A stretch of 64,000 nt of DNA from an uncultured delta proteobacterium. Lineage in GTDB: Bacteria; Myxococcota; Myxococcia; Myxococcales; Myxococcaceae. The first letter of the stretch is position 1; the number at the start of each line of letters is the position of its first letter. Positions 22,822 through 32,711 of the stretch are shown piece by piece. The notes below the pieces were generated by a model. That model ran no database searches. It had not been told where the DNA came from and saw nothing but the letters and a program-made list of their open reading frames with translations. The stretch lies in assembly GCA_963776345.1 (NCBI GenBank), contig CAVZMH010000013.1, positions 128,001 through 192,000 on the forward strand, written 5' to 3'. The translations under genes were made by a program, and so were the position numbers.

Positions 22822-24990
22822 TCAGGCGTGCAGCGGGTGCTCCGACAGCGGCCGCTCCGGCGTCACCTCGAGCAGCGCCTCCACCCGGTGCAGACGGCGG
22901 CTGCCTTCCTCGGTGAGCGACCCACGAGCAGCCAACATGAGATGCAGGGCGTCGAGCGCCTCGCGGCGCTTCTCGGCGCTCCTGGGGAGAAGCCTGGGGA
23001 GGGTCTCCACGGCCCGCTCCTCGTCGAGGGAGACCAGGAGGAACTGCTCCTTGAAGGCCTGCTTGAGCTCCCCCATGCTCAGCCGCTCCTTGGGATGGCG
23101 GGCGGCGCGGATGGCGGAGAACATGGAGAAGCCGCGCTCATCGATGCTGCCCCCCGGCAGCCGGACGTAGATCAGCGCACGGATCACCGCCTCCCGGGGC
23201 CCTCCGACCTCGAACCGTTTCTCGAGCTCCGACCGGCTCCGCTCCTGGGCCGCCTCCCGGGCCAGATCGCGCTCGGCGTGACGGTCCTCCTTCGCCTGCG
23301 GCCCGAGACCCACCAGCGCCTGGAGGATGCGCGAACCGTAGACGCCGAGGAAGAGGGACTCGGTCATCGCGTCCCGGAATGCGCCGTAGGCGTCGAGGCT
23401 GGAGGCGATGGTCGAGGACGCCGCCTTCTCCAGCGCGAGCAGCGGGTTGTCCGACGCCACCGCGTGCCGATTGGCGCGCACCCCGGGAGCGAGGGTCTTG
23501 ATCGGCCACATGAAGGGGTTCCGGTCGGAGAGGACGGAGAACTTGACGCGGTTGGGGTGCATCCTGCGCAGCGCGCTGGCCGCGGCCTCGGGCACCATGG
23601 CCCGCAGCATCCGGCCGAAGGTCCGGTACAGGCTCTGGTTCACCTCCGAGACCCGGGCCACGGTGGCGAATCGGCGCTCGTCCTCCGGGGAGTTGTTGCC
23701 CAGCGCCCGGATGTGATCGAGCGTGCGCGCCTCCAGCCGGAAGAGGTACTTCCCCTCGATCAGCTCGGGGTTCTCGATGTCCTCGTCCACCTCGGTGATG
23801 ACCGCCTCGTAGAGTCCCGGAGGGAGGAGGTCGATCAGCGCCATGCAGCTGGCGAACTCCTGGTGCTCCTTCGTCGCGACCTTCCCGGAGACGAAGATGC
23901 CCAGGTGACCGATGCTCTGGTGCAAGGTGTAGACGATGGTCTGGCCCGCGGCGACGATCTCCTTCTCGTCATCGTAGAGGTCGGTGATCCAGCCCAGCGC
24001 CTGCTGCGGCGGGGTGATGTCGTCGCCCCAGGAGCAGAAGACCACGATCGGCGACTTGATGTTGCGCAGGTCGATCCGGTGCCCGTCCGAGGTGCGCAGC
24101 CCGCCGGTGGACAGCTTGTTCCCGACGAACAGGTTGTCGGCGATCCACTGCATCTCCTCCGCGTTCAGGAGGACCGGGCTGCCCCACCAGTTCTCGAAGT
24201 CCAGGTAGCGCGGGGCCTCGGTGTCGATCTTCGAGTAGAGGTTGTAGATCTTCTTCCAGTAGGTGTTCGCGGGGTTGAGCGACTCGAAGTTGGCGATCAG
24301 GTGCGCCCCGTCGAAGATGCCGTGGCCGAGGTCGCCGGCCAGCGCGGTGAGCCAGGTGCCCCCGAGCATCCCGCCCAGGTACCGCATCGGGTTCTTGCCC
24401 CGGACTCCGGCCCAGTAGGAGAGCGGCGACCCGGCGAGGAGGATGGGTCCGGTCAGCTCCGGCCGCATCGCCGCCATCATCATGATCTGCCAGCCCGCCT
24501 GGCAGTTGGCGATGACCACCGGTTTGCCCTCCGCCTTGGGGTGAAGGGCGGCGACCTCCTCGAGGAACGCGGCCTCGGTGAGGCACACGTCCTCCACCGT
24601 CTGGCCGGGTTCGGGCTGGGGCCGGAAGCCGATGAAGTAGCAGGCGTGTCCCGCGGCCAGCGCCGCGCCGATCTCGCTGTCCTGCTTCATCCCTCCGATG
24701 CCCGGGCCGTGACCGGCGCGCGGATCCACCACCACGAACGGAGGCTTGGTCGGGTCGATGACCGTTCCCTCCGGAGGAACGATGCGGACCAGCAGGTAGT
24801 TGGTCGGCCGGGGCAGGGTCCGGCCATCGCGGATGAGCTCCGTCTGGAACTCGAGCACGTTGGGAACATCCTTGCTCTTCTGCTCGAGGTACTTGTTGCC
24901 ACGCTGCCGGAGCGTGTCGAGGAGCAGCACCGAGCGCTGCCAGGCGTCGAGCCAGTATTCCTGAAGGGGGCCAACGGGAAAGGTCTTCAT
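22822..24990 (-). CDS. DUF3141 family protein (PHA synthase-like alpha/beta fold)
   Basis: DPRAGHGPGIGGMK, IANCQAGW, SWGDDITPP, GHLGIFVS. Confidence 0.88.
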   Translation of the reverse strand: MKTFPVGPLQEYWLDAWQRSVLLLDTLRQRGNKYLEQKSKDVPNVLEFQTELIRDGRTLPRPTNYLLVRIVPPEGTVIDPTKPPFVVVDPRAGHGPGIGGMKQDSEIGAALAAGHACYFIGFRPQPEPGQTVEDVCLTEAAFLEEVAALHPKAEGKPVVIANCQAGWQIMMMAAMRPELTGPILLAGSPLSYWAGVRGKNPMRYLGGMLGGTWLTALAGDLGHGIFDGAHLIANFESLNPANTYWKKIYNLYSKIDTEAPRYLDFENWWGSPVLLNAEEMQWIADNLFVGNKLSTGGLRTSDGHRIDLRNIKSPIVVFCSWGDDITPPQQALGWITDLYDDEKEIVAAGQTIVYTLHQSIGHLGIFVSGKVATKEHQEFASCMALIDLLPPGLYEAVITEVDEDIENPELIEGKYLFRLEARTLDHIRALGNNSPEDERRFATVARVSEVNQSLYRTFGRMLRAMVPEAAASALRRMHPNRVKFSVLSDRNPFMWPIKTLAPGVRANRHAVASDNPLLALEKAASSTIASSLDAYGAFRDAMTESLFLGVYGSRILQALVGLGPQAKEDRHAERDLAREAAQERSRSELEKRFEVGGPREAVIRALIYVRLPGGSIDERGFSMFSAIRAARHPKERLSMGELKQAFKEQFLLVSLDEERAVETLPRLLPRSAEKRREALDALHLMLAARGSLTEEGSRRLHRVEALLEVTPERPLSEHPLHA

Positions 24991-25196
24991 GGGAGGCACT
25001 CCGGAGCCGGTTGAGGAAAATGGATGCAATTCCGGCACCGTAGATGTCCCGAGGCATGTCCTGGGAATCGCCGCCGACGGACCGAGGCAGCGCGCACCCA
25101 GCGCCGTCCGATGTCCGTTTCGACGCAAAACGTGCGCACCGGGGGCAGCGGGGGCAGGCGCGCCCGGACTAGGGTCGAGCGCCACGGAGGGCTTGC

Positions 25197-25634
25197 ATGA
25201 GAGAGCTGGCCTGGGTGGGAGCGGGAGTGGCGGCGCTCGTGCTGGGCTGTGCGTCGGCGCCGCCGGCGCCGCAGGGGGACAAGACCGTGCCGGGCGCGCA
25301 GTACCTCCTCGGCTCGGAGTGGGAGCTCAGCGATCTCGGCGGCACGCCGGTGCTCCCGGACCAGAGGCCGACCCTCGCCTTCCTCGAGCCGGCGCGCATC
25401 TCGGGCAACGGCTCGTGCAACCGTTACTCGGGGGCAGCGGAGCTCGGTGACGGAACCATCCGGGTGGGCCCGCTGGCGAGCACGCGGATGGCGTGCACGC
25501 CCGAGGTCGACGTTCAGGAGAAGGCCTTCCTCGCGGCGCTGCAGAACGCCCGTCGACTGGAGCTGGCGGGCGGCGGGCTGGTGGTGCACACCGAGAGCCT
25601 GGAGCAGCCGCTCCGCTTCCGACGCATCAAGTGA
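25197..25634 (+). CDS. META domain (HslJ-like) lipoprotein
   Basis: Lipobox VLGC; SGNGSCNRY, STRMAC. Confidence 0.9.
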   Translation: MRELAWVGAGVAALVLGCASAPPAPQGDKTVPGAQYLLGSEWELSDLGGTPVLPDQRPTLAFLEPARISGNGSCNRYSGAAELGDGTIRVGPLASTRMACTPEVDVQEKAFLAALQNARRLELAGGGLVVHTESLEQPLRFRRIK

Positions 25635-25660
25635 GGACCGGCCCCGGGGAGACCTGACGC

Positions 25661-26602
25661 GTGGCCGAGGTGACCGTCGTCGGTGCGGGCGTGGTGGGGC
25701 TGACCACCGCGCTCGCGCTCCAGCAGGCGGGGCATCGGGTGCAGGTCCTCGCCGCCGAGCGCCCGGAGCGCACCACCTCGGCCGTGGCGGGCGCGCTCTG
25801 GTACCCCTTCGCGGTCGGGCCGCCGGAGAAGGTGAGCCGCTGGGCGCGGGCGACCCGCGACTGGCTGCTCGCGCTCTGCCAGACGGTGCCCGCGGCGGGC
25901 GTGGACGTGGTGACGGCGATCGAGTGCGCGGCGGACGCCCGCCGCCCCTGGTGGGCGGAGGCGGTCGACGGGCTCCGGTTCGTCGATCGGCCCCCGCCGG
26001 GCGGAGCCCCGTGCGCCTGGGAGTTCGAGGCGCCTCGGGTGGAGCCGGCGCTGCACCTCCCGTGGCTCGAGGCGCAGCTCGAGCGGCCCATCGAGCTGGC
26101 GCGCGTCGAGCAGCTGGAGGACGTGCCCGGGGACGTGGTCGTCAACTGCACCGGCATCGGCGCGCGACGGCTCACCGGGGACACGGCGCTCCGGGCGCTG
26201 CTGGGGCAGACCGTGGTGGTCGCTCCCGGCGAGGTCGACCTCCGGCGCATGGTCGGGGACGAGCGCGATCTCTCGGCGATGCTCTACGTCATCCCGCGGC
26301 GGGCCGAGGTCGTGATCGGCGGCTGCGCCCTGCCCTTCGACGGCGACGTACCGCCGGCGCCCGACCCGGCGCTGCGCGCGGCGTTCCTCGAGCGCGCCCG
26401 GGCGGCGGGATTCCGGCACGGGCCCGTGCTCCGCGACGCGGTGGGGCTCCGCCCGGTGCGCCCGGAGGTCCGGATCGAGCGGGTGGGCCGCATCGTCCAC
26501 CACTACGGACATGGGGGGGCCGGGTACACGCTCGCCCGGGGCTCGGCGATGGAGGTCGTCGAGCTGGTGGGGGTCGAGGAGGAGCGGGGCACCCCTCGCT
26601 AG
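25661..26602 (+). CDS. FAD-dependent oxidase, D-amino acid oxidase family
   Basis: GAGVVG, TTSAVAGA, VVNCTG, GLRP, HYGHGGAG. Confidence 0.88.
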   Translation: MAEVTVVGAGVVGLTTALALQQAGHRVQVLAAERPERTTSAVAGALWYPFAVGPPEKVSRWARATRDWLLALCQTVPAAGVDVVTAIECAADARRPWWAEAVDGLRFVDRPPPGGAPCAWEFEAPRVEPALHLPWLEAQLERPIELARVEQLEDVPGDVVVNCTGIGARRLTGDTALRALLGQTVVVAPGEVDLRRMVGDERDLSAMLYVIPRRAEVVIGGCALPFDGDVPPAPDPALRAAFLERARAAGFRHGPVLRDAVGLRPVRPEVRIERVGRIVHHYGHGGAGYTLARGSAMEVVELVGVEEERGTPR

Positions 26603-26646
26603 AAGTCTGTCGGGCGCAGCCCATCCATGGTCTTCTCCGCGGCCCA

Positions 26647-28240
26647 ATGGAGACCTGGGACGTCATCGTCGTCGGCGGGGGCCACAACGGTCTGGTGACT
26701 GCCGCGTACCTCGCGCGGGCGGGGCAGAAGGTGCTGGTGCTCGAGGCGCGCGACCGGGTCGGCGGCGCCGCCGTCACCGAGGAGCCGTGGCCGGGCTTCC
26801 GGGTCTCCACCGCCGCGTACGTGGTGAGCCTCTTCCGCCCGGAGATCGTGCGCGACCTGGAGCTCGGACGGCACGGCTACGAGCTCCTTCCTCGCAACCC
26901 GTCCTCGTTCACTCCCTTCCCGGACGGCCGCTCTCTCCTCATGGGACCCGACCCGGAGCTCAACCACCGGGAGGTGTCCAAGTTCTCGGTGCGCGACGCG
27001 GACCGGCTGCCTGCCTACGAGGCGATGCTGGAGCGGATCGCCGAGGCCATCGAGCCGACGCTCCTCGAGACCCCCGTCGATCCGTTCTCCCGCCGGCCGG
27101 GAGACCTCCTCCGGCTCGCCCGGACCGGATGGCGGTTCCTGCGCCTGGGGAGGGACGGACCGCGGGCGCTGGAGATCCTGACCGCTCCGGCGCGGACGAT
27201 CCTCGATCGGTGGTTCGAGTCCGATCAGCTCAAGTCCGCGCTCGCCACCGACGCGATCATCGGGGCGATGGCCTCCCCGTCGACGCCGGGGACCGCCTAC
27301 GTGCTCTTCCACCACGTGATGGGGGAGTGCAACGGGGCGAGGGGCGTCTGGGGGTACGTCAAGGGCGGGATGGGGTCCCTGAGCGAGGCGATCGCCTCGG
27401 CCGCTCGCGGCGCGGGCGCGGAGATCCGGACCGATACCCCGGTGGTGAAGGTCCAGGTGAAGGACGGGCGAGCGACGGGCGTGGTGCTCGGGAATGGCGC
27501 GGAGCTCTCCGCCCGGAGGGTGGTCTCCAACGCCGACGCGACCGTGACCTTCCTCCGGCTGGTCGGCGCCGAGCATCTCCCGGACGAGGTGGTGGAGGCG
27601 GTCCGCGGCATCGACTATTCGAGCGCCTCGCTGAAGATCAACCTCGGCCTCTCCGAGCTGCCGAGCTTCACCGCCCTTCCGGGCCACGCGTCCGGCCCGC
27701 AGCACCGCGGGACGATCCACATCTGCCCGAGCGTCGACTACATCGAGCGCGCCTACGACGACGCCCGCGCCGGGCGCCCGTCGTCCTCCCCGGTGCTCGA
27801 GTGCACCATCCCCTCGGCGGTGGATCCGACGGTGGCGCCGCCCGGGAGGCACGTGATGCAGATGTTCGTCCAGTACGCTCCCTACCGGCTGGCCGAGGGG
27901 AGCTGGGACGAGCGCAAGGAGGCGTTCGCCGACCGCTGCGTCGAGCTGGTGGAGGAGGTGGCCCCGGGCTTTCGCCAGGAGCATCGTGGGCCGCCAGGTG
28001 CTCTCCCCGGTCGATCTGGAGAGGCGCTTCGGCCTCACCGGGGGGAACATCTTCCAGGGCGCCATGGGCCTCTCGCAGCTGCACTTCATGCGGCCCATCC
28101 CGGGGTACGCCGACTACCGCACGCCGATCCGCGGGCTCTACCTCTGCGGCGCCGCGACCCATCCCGGCGGCGGGGTGATGGGCGCATGCGGGTACAACGC
28201 GGCGAGGGAGATCCTCCGCGACGTGCGGCGCGGCCGCTGA
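26647..28240 (+). pseudogene. Phytoene dehydrogenase-like FAD oxidoreductase with a +1 frameshift near 27970 (pseudogene or sequencing error)
   Basis: METWDVIVVGGGHNGL N-terminus; the conserved C-terminus ([23 protein letters not shown]) lies in another frame; removing one T from GGC TTT CGC restores [10 protein letters not shown]. Confidence 0.85.
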
Positions 28241-28249
28241 GCGCGGGTG

Positions 28250-28489
28250 GCGGTCGATCTCCAGTGACCCTACCGGGATTCGAAACCGCCGCGCGCAGCA
28301 CCGCCGCCCGCACCTCGGCGAGCGGACAGGTCGAATCGATCGCCGGCCGGAAATGTCCTTGCTCTGCACCGGCGAGCACCGCACCCACCACTTCCGGACC
28401 TCGCCCGGGGCGGGGGCAGCACCCTCCGCCTCGACGAGGCGAAGGACCTCGGCGGGCTCGCCGAACCGCTCGAACTGGACGATGCGCAT
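28250..28489 (-). pseudogene. Remnant of a zinc-binding/MDR-family dehydrogenase with an internal deletion
   Basis: MRIVQFERFGEPAEVLRLVE...PGEVR (MDR N-terminus) joined out of frame to ...GHFRPAIDSTCPLAEVRAAV (MDR C-terminus). Confidence 0.6.
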
Positions 28490-28534
28490 CTCCTGGCGCC
28501 GGGACGCTACAACGTCCTGGCCGACCGGGCGTCC

Positions 28535-29305
28535 CTACCGCGGTGCCGGCTCGGCGGGACGCGGCCCGTCGCCGTACGTCACCGCGACCAGGGTCAGCCC
28601 GTGCGCCGGCGCCGTCGGTCCGGCCAGGGTGCGGTCCTTCGCCGCGAGCACCTCGCCGACCCAGCCGGGCGGGCGCTTGCCGCGGCCCACCTCCACCAGC
28701 GAGCCGACGATGTTCCGCACCATGTGCCTGAGGAACGCCGTCCCCTCCACCTCGATGCGAAGCACCTCGCCCTCCTCGTGCAGCTCCAGCTCCCGCAGCG
28801 TGCGCCGCGGGTGCGGCGCCTCGCAGTCCGCGGCCCGGAAGCTCGAGAAGTCGTGCGTCCCGAGCAGCGCCGGGGCCGAGACCCGCATCGCCCGGAGGTC
28901 CAGCGGGGTGAAGACCTCCCAGTGCGTCCGGCGGAGGAGCGGAGCGCGACCGGGGCGGCGCGAGACGAGGTACCGGTAACGCTTCCCCGTCGCCCAGCGG
29001 CGCGGATCGAAGGTGTCGGACACCTCCTCGGCCGCCACCACCGCCACGTCGTCCGGCAACAGCGACGAGAGCCCGCGCAGGTACGCCTTCGCCGGCAGCA
29101 CCCGCGGCGCATCGAAGGCGACCACCTGCCCCAGCGCATGCACCCCGGCGTCGGTCCGCCCCGCCGCCGCGGCGGTCACCGGCGCGCCGTGGAGCTCGAC
29201 CAGCGCCGACTCGAGTACCGCCTGCACGCTCCGCCCGTTCAGCTGGCGCTGCCAGCCCACGAAGTCGGTGCCGTCGTACTCGAGCGTGAGCCGGACGCGG
29301 GGCAT
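28535..29305 (-). CDS. truA: tRNA pseudouridine(38-40) synthase
   Basis: YDGTDFVGWQ, AGRTDAGVHA, GTHDFSSF, FLRHMVR, PTAPAHGL. Confidence 0.96.
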   Translation of the reverse strand: MPRVRLTLEYDGTDFVGWQRQLNGRSVQAVLESALVELHGAPVTAAAAGRTDAGVHALGQVVAFDAPRVLPAKAYLRGLSSLLPDDVAVVAAEEVSDTFDPRRWATGKRYRYLVSRRPGRAPLLRRTHWEVFTPLDLRAMRVSAPALLGTHDFSSFRAADCEAPHPRRTLRELELHEEGEVLRIEVEGTAFLRHMVRNIVGSLVEVGRGKRPPGWVGEVLAAKDRTLAGPTAPAHGLTLVAVTYGDGPRPAEPAPR

Positions 29306-30453
29306 CAGCGGTACTTCAGCCAGCCGCGCAGCACGTCCCGGGCCAGCTCCTCCAGCGTGAGCCCGTTGCGCTCGGCCACGGACTCCAGCGCCTTCCGGTC
29401 CGCGTCATCGAGGTGAAGGCGCAGCGCCCGCCCGCCGCGGGGTGCGTCCCCGTCGGAGGCGAGCGTGTCCGAGGCCCGCGTCAACCGCGCGCGCTCCGCC
29501 TCCAGCTCGTCGGAGAAGAGCTGCTTCAGGAAGTTCGCCAGGTGCATGCTCGAGGGCCGGAACTCGCTCTCCCCGAGCAGATGGTCCAGGTCCCGCTGCA
29601 TCTCCCAGGCGCTGGGGTAGCGCCGGTCGCGGTCCTTCTCCAGCGCCCGCATCACCACCGCCTCCACCTCGGGCGGGATGTCGGGCTTGAAGTAGCTCGG
29701 ACCGTAGATCTTCCCCTCGCTGATGCTCCGCAGCACCGCCACCTCGGAGTCGCCGGTGAAGAGCCGCAAGCCCGTCAGCCACTCGTAGAGGACGACGCCC
29801 AGGGAGAAGATGTCACTCCGGCAATCCAGCGGGTTCCCCAGCGCCTGCTCCGGGCTCATGTAGCTCAGCTTGCCCTTGATCTCCCCGGCCGTGGTCTCGC
29901 CGGTCTGCCCGCGCGCCTTGGCGATGCCGAAGTCGAGGATCTTCACCGTCCCGTCGAAGGAGACGAAGACGTTCTCCGGCGTCACGTCGCGGTGCACGAT
30001 GTGCAGCGGGTTCCCCCAGGCGTCGGCCCGCTGGTGCGCGTAGTGCAGCCCCTCGCAGACGCTGGAGGCGATCTTCAGCGCGTACACCATCGGGAAGGCG
30101 ATGCCCATCCGCTCGGCCTTGGGGATGATCCGCGCCATGTCCCGGCCGAACACGTACTCCATGGCGATGAAGTAGCTGTCGTCGACCTGCCCCAGCTCGT
30201 GGATCTGCACGATGTTCGGGTGATTGAGCTGCGCCGCGAGCCGGGCCTCGTCGAGGAACATCGCCACGAAGCTCTTCTGCTTCGACAGGTGCGGGCGGAT
30301 CCGCTTGATGACCACCGTCTTCTCGAAGCCCTCCATCCCCTCCTGCCGGGCGAGGAAGATCTCCGCCATCCCGCCCACCGCCAGGCGGTCGAGCAGGACG
30401 TACTTTCCGAACCGGAGGCCGCCGGTGCGCTGCGCGGGAGGGTTCTGGGTCAA
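29305..30453 (-). CDS. Cytoplasmic Ser/Thr kinase, Pkn14-like, with an RHH-like C-terminal tail
   Basis: VVIK, HRDVTPEN, DFG, YMSPEQ; no TM segment; lies near the mrp locus as I recall pkn14 does in M. xanthus. Confidence 0.85.
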   Translation of the reverse strand: MTQNPPAQRTGGLRFGKYVLLDRLAVGGMAEIFLARQEGMEGFEKTVVIKRIRPHLSKQKSFVAMFLDEARLAAQLNHPNIVQIHELGQVDDSYFIAMEYVFGRDMARIIPKAERMGIAFPMVYALKIASSVCEGLHYAHQRADAWGNPLHIVHRDVTPENVFVSFDGTVKILDFGIAKARGQTGETTAGEIKGKLSYMSPEQALGNPLDCRSDIFSLGVVLYEWLTGLRLFTGDSEVAVLRSISEGKIYGPSYFKPDIPPEVEAVVMRALEKDRDRRYPSAWEMQRDLDHLLGESEFRPSSMHLANFLKQLFSDELEAERARLTRASDTLASDGDAPRGGRALRLHLDDADRKALESVAERNGLTLEELARDVLRGWLKYR

Positions 30454-30471
30454 CGCTCCGAGGTTAGCACC

Positions 30472-31437
30472 CTAGAACCGGAGGACCCGGACCTTGAGGT
30501 GCGGCTCCTCGCCGGGAGCGGCCGGAAAGTCGATCTCCGAGGCCCCGGGACGGGCCACCTCCTCCGCCGTCCGCGCCGCCCGTCGCACACCCTCCGCCAG
30601 CGCCGCCTCGAACCGGCGCCCCGGAAGCGCCGCCACGTTGCAGGCGGCAAGCAGCCAGCCGCCCGGAGCGATCAGCGGCGCAGCCCGGGCCACGAGGTCC
30701 GGCCAGTCCCGCGACGCGGAGAAGGTGCCCGTCCGCCCCCGGGCGAAGCCGGGGGGATCCAGCACCACCGCGTCGAAGCGCTCGCCCCGCTTGCCGAGGC
30801 GGCGCAGCCAGTCGAAGACGTCTCCCGCCAGGCGGTCGGTCGGTGGAGGCGACTGTCCGTTCAGCCGCGCGTTCTCCTCGCCCCACCCGAGCGAGCGCCG
30901 GCTGAGGTCGACGTCGACCGCGCGCGTCGCGCCACCGGCCCGCGCGGCCACCCCGAAGGCACCGGTGTAGGCGAAGCAGTTGAGGAGCGTCCTCCCCCGC
31001 GCATGGGCCCGGACCCAGCCCCGCGCCTCGCGCATGTCGAGGTAGAGCCCGACCGCGAGCCCCTCGCCGGGACGGATGCGGAACAGGAGCCCCTGCTCGA
31101 GGACGTCCACGGACTCCACCGGCTCGCCGCGGAACGGCAGGGCCGGGGCGCGCGCCGCCCGCTCCTCGCCCCCGAGCGTGCCCGCCTCCCGGGGCCGTCG
31201 CTTGAGGTACACCGCTCGCAGGGGGACGAGCTCCATCGCCGCATCCGCCACCGGCGCCGGGTCCTGCGCGCCGTAGGTGCTGAGGACGGCGACCTCGCCG
31301 AACAGGTCGAGCGTCAGCCCCGGAGTGCCGTCGCCCGCGGCGTTGAGCCAGCGGAAGGCGGTGGTCCGGCCGTCCTCCCGGAGCGGCGCGCGCCGCCGCA
31401 GCGCCCGGGCGAGGAGCGCCCGCACGCCTCCGCTCAT
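30472..31437 (-). CDS. Class I SAM-dependent rRNA methyltransferase (RlmI/RlmK-like)
   Basis: GLYLDMR, LNCFAYTGAF, VDLS, VVLDPPGF. Confidence 0.85.
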   Translation of the reverse strand: MSGGVRALLARALRRRAPLREDGRTTAFRWLNAAGDGTPGLTLDLFGEVAVLSTYGAQDPAPVADAAMELVPLRAVYLKRRPREAGTLGGEERAARAPALPFRGEPVESVDVLEQGLLFRIRPGEGLAVGLYLDMREARGWVRAHARGRTLLNCFAYTGAFGVAARAGGATRAVDVDLSRRSLGWGEENARLNGQSPPPTDRLAGDVFDWLRRLGKRGERFDAVVLDPPGFARGRTGTFSASRDWPDLVARAAPLIAPGGWLLAACNVAALPGRRFEAALAEGVRRAARTAEEVARPGASEIDFPAAPGEEPHLKVRVLRF

Positions 31438-32642
31438 GCCAGCGCGCGACGGACCGCGGAGGCCTCGGCGAGCAGCGGGAGCAGCTCGTTGCCCAGGAGC
31501 TGTCCCTCCCGCACCACCACCCGCCCGTTCACCACCGTCCAGGCGACGGGCGCCCGCATCGAGGCCGCCATGAGCTCGATCGGATCCTCGGCCTGGGGCA
31601 GCAGGTCGACCAGCACCAGGTCCGCCAGGGACCCCGGGGTGATCCGGCCGGCGGGGCGACGGAACACTCGCTCCAGGAAGCCGGCCGGCCCCTCGCTCAG
31701 CACCTCGGGGACGCGCTCGCGCGCCCAGAGCCGCCCGATCCGCGCCGCGCGGTGCGCGAGGATGCGCCCCGCCGTCCACTGCTCGCGGAGATCTCCGACC
31801 CCCGCGCTGGCGAGGGCGACCCGGTGCGCCGGCTGCCAGACCGCCTCGAAGCCGTGCTGCTCTCCGAGTAGATCAGCCAGCGGGCTCCAGGCCACCAGCA
31901 CCGAGGTCTCCGCCAGCCGCTGCGCCTCGGCCCCCTCCACGGCCCGGGCGTGCGCGGCCACGGTCGTCGGCCCGAGCAGCCCGTGGCGATCGAGCCGCTC
32001 CACCATCCGGGTGCGGTGCTGCTCGAAGTGCTCGGCCAGCTCGGCGCCGGTCTCGGCGAGGCGGAAGTGCACCGGAGCACGCAGGGCCTCGGCGTCGCGG
32101 CCCACCGCACGGAGCAGCTCGTCGGAGGCGGTGAGGCAGCTGGCGAAGCCGAGGCCCGTCCGGACCAGCGGGTCGTCCGCGCTCGCCCGAGCCGCGTCCA
32201 GGTTCAGCTCGTGGGCGGCGATCCCGTGCCGGCCCTCGGCGGCGAGCGAGAGCACCATCCGCATCCCCAGCGCGCGCGCCACGCGCTGCCGCCCGGCGAG
32301 CGCGGCGGCGCCGTCATCCACCCCCTGCACCTGCTCGAGGACGGTGGTCACTCCCGAGCGGAGGGCGAGCGCGATGGCGGCGGCGGCGAGCGCGGAGGAC
32401 TCGGACGCGGTCAGCGCCCGGCGCGCGCCAGCGACGTCGCCGAGCTGCGCGTGCGCGTCCACCCGCCCCGGCATGAGCAACCGCCCCCGCGCCTCGATGG
32501 CCCAGTCGCCCGGACGGACGGGCTCGTTCCCGTCTGGCGAGATGCGGGCCACCATGCCCCCTTCCACGACCACGGCACGGTGTGGATGCACGGCCTCGCG
32601 GTCCAGCAGCGTGCAGTCCTTGACCAGCAGGCGACCTTCCAT
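31434..32642 (-). CDS. Amidohydrolase-superfamily protein (SsnA/ATZ-TRZ-like) with degenerate metal site
   Basis: LLMPGRVDAHAQL, SGVTT, VAAHA, GRITPGSLADLVLVD, VVNGRVVV. Confidence 0.8.
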   Translation of the reverse strand: MEGRLLVKDCTLLDREAVHPHRAVVVEGGMVARISPDGNEPVRPGDWAIEARGRLLMPGRVDAHAQLGDVAGARRALTASESSALAAAAIALALRSGVTTVLEQVQGVDDGAAALAGRQRVARALGMRMVLSLAAEGRHGIAAHELNLDAARASADDPLVRTGLGFASCLTASDELLRAVGRDAEALRAPVHFRLAETGAELAEHFEQHRTRMVERLDRHGLLGPTTVAAHARAVEGAEAQRLAETSVLVAWSPLADLLGEQHGFEAVWQPAHRVALASAGVGDLREQWTAGRILAHRAARIGRLWARERVPEVLSEGPAGFLERVFRRPAGRITPGSLADLVLVDLLPQAEDPIELMAASMRAPVAWTVVNGRVVVREGQLLGNELLPLLAEASAVRRALA

Positions 32643-32711
32643 CCGGCCGGCACTGTAGCCGGTGCCGGCACGGCGAGCATGCGTCGACCCACGGGGCTAA
32701 GCTTCCCCGGC

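Noticed and set aside
25249..26646. Apparent 1160-aa fusion ORF
   Set aside because: The N-terminal part is an off-frame read of the META and oxidase genes; the real start is 26647
17591..28500. Genomic island or mobile element boundaries
   Set aside because: Gene content looks accessory, but I saw no integrase, transposase, tRNA or flanking direct repeats
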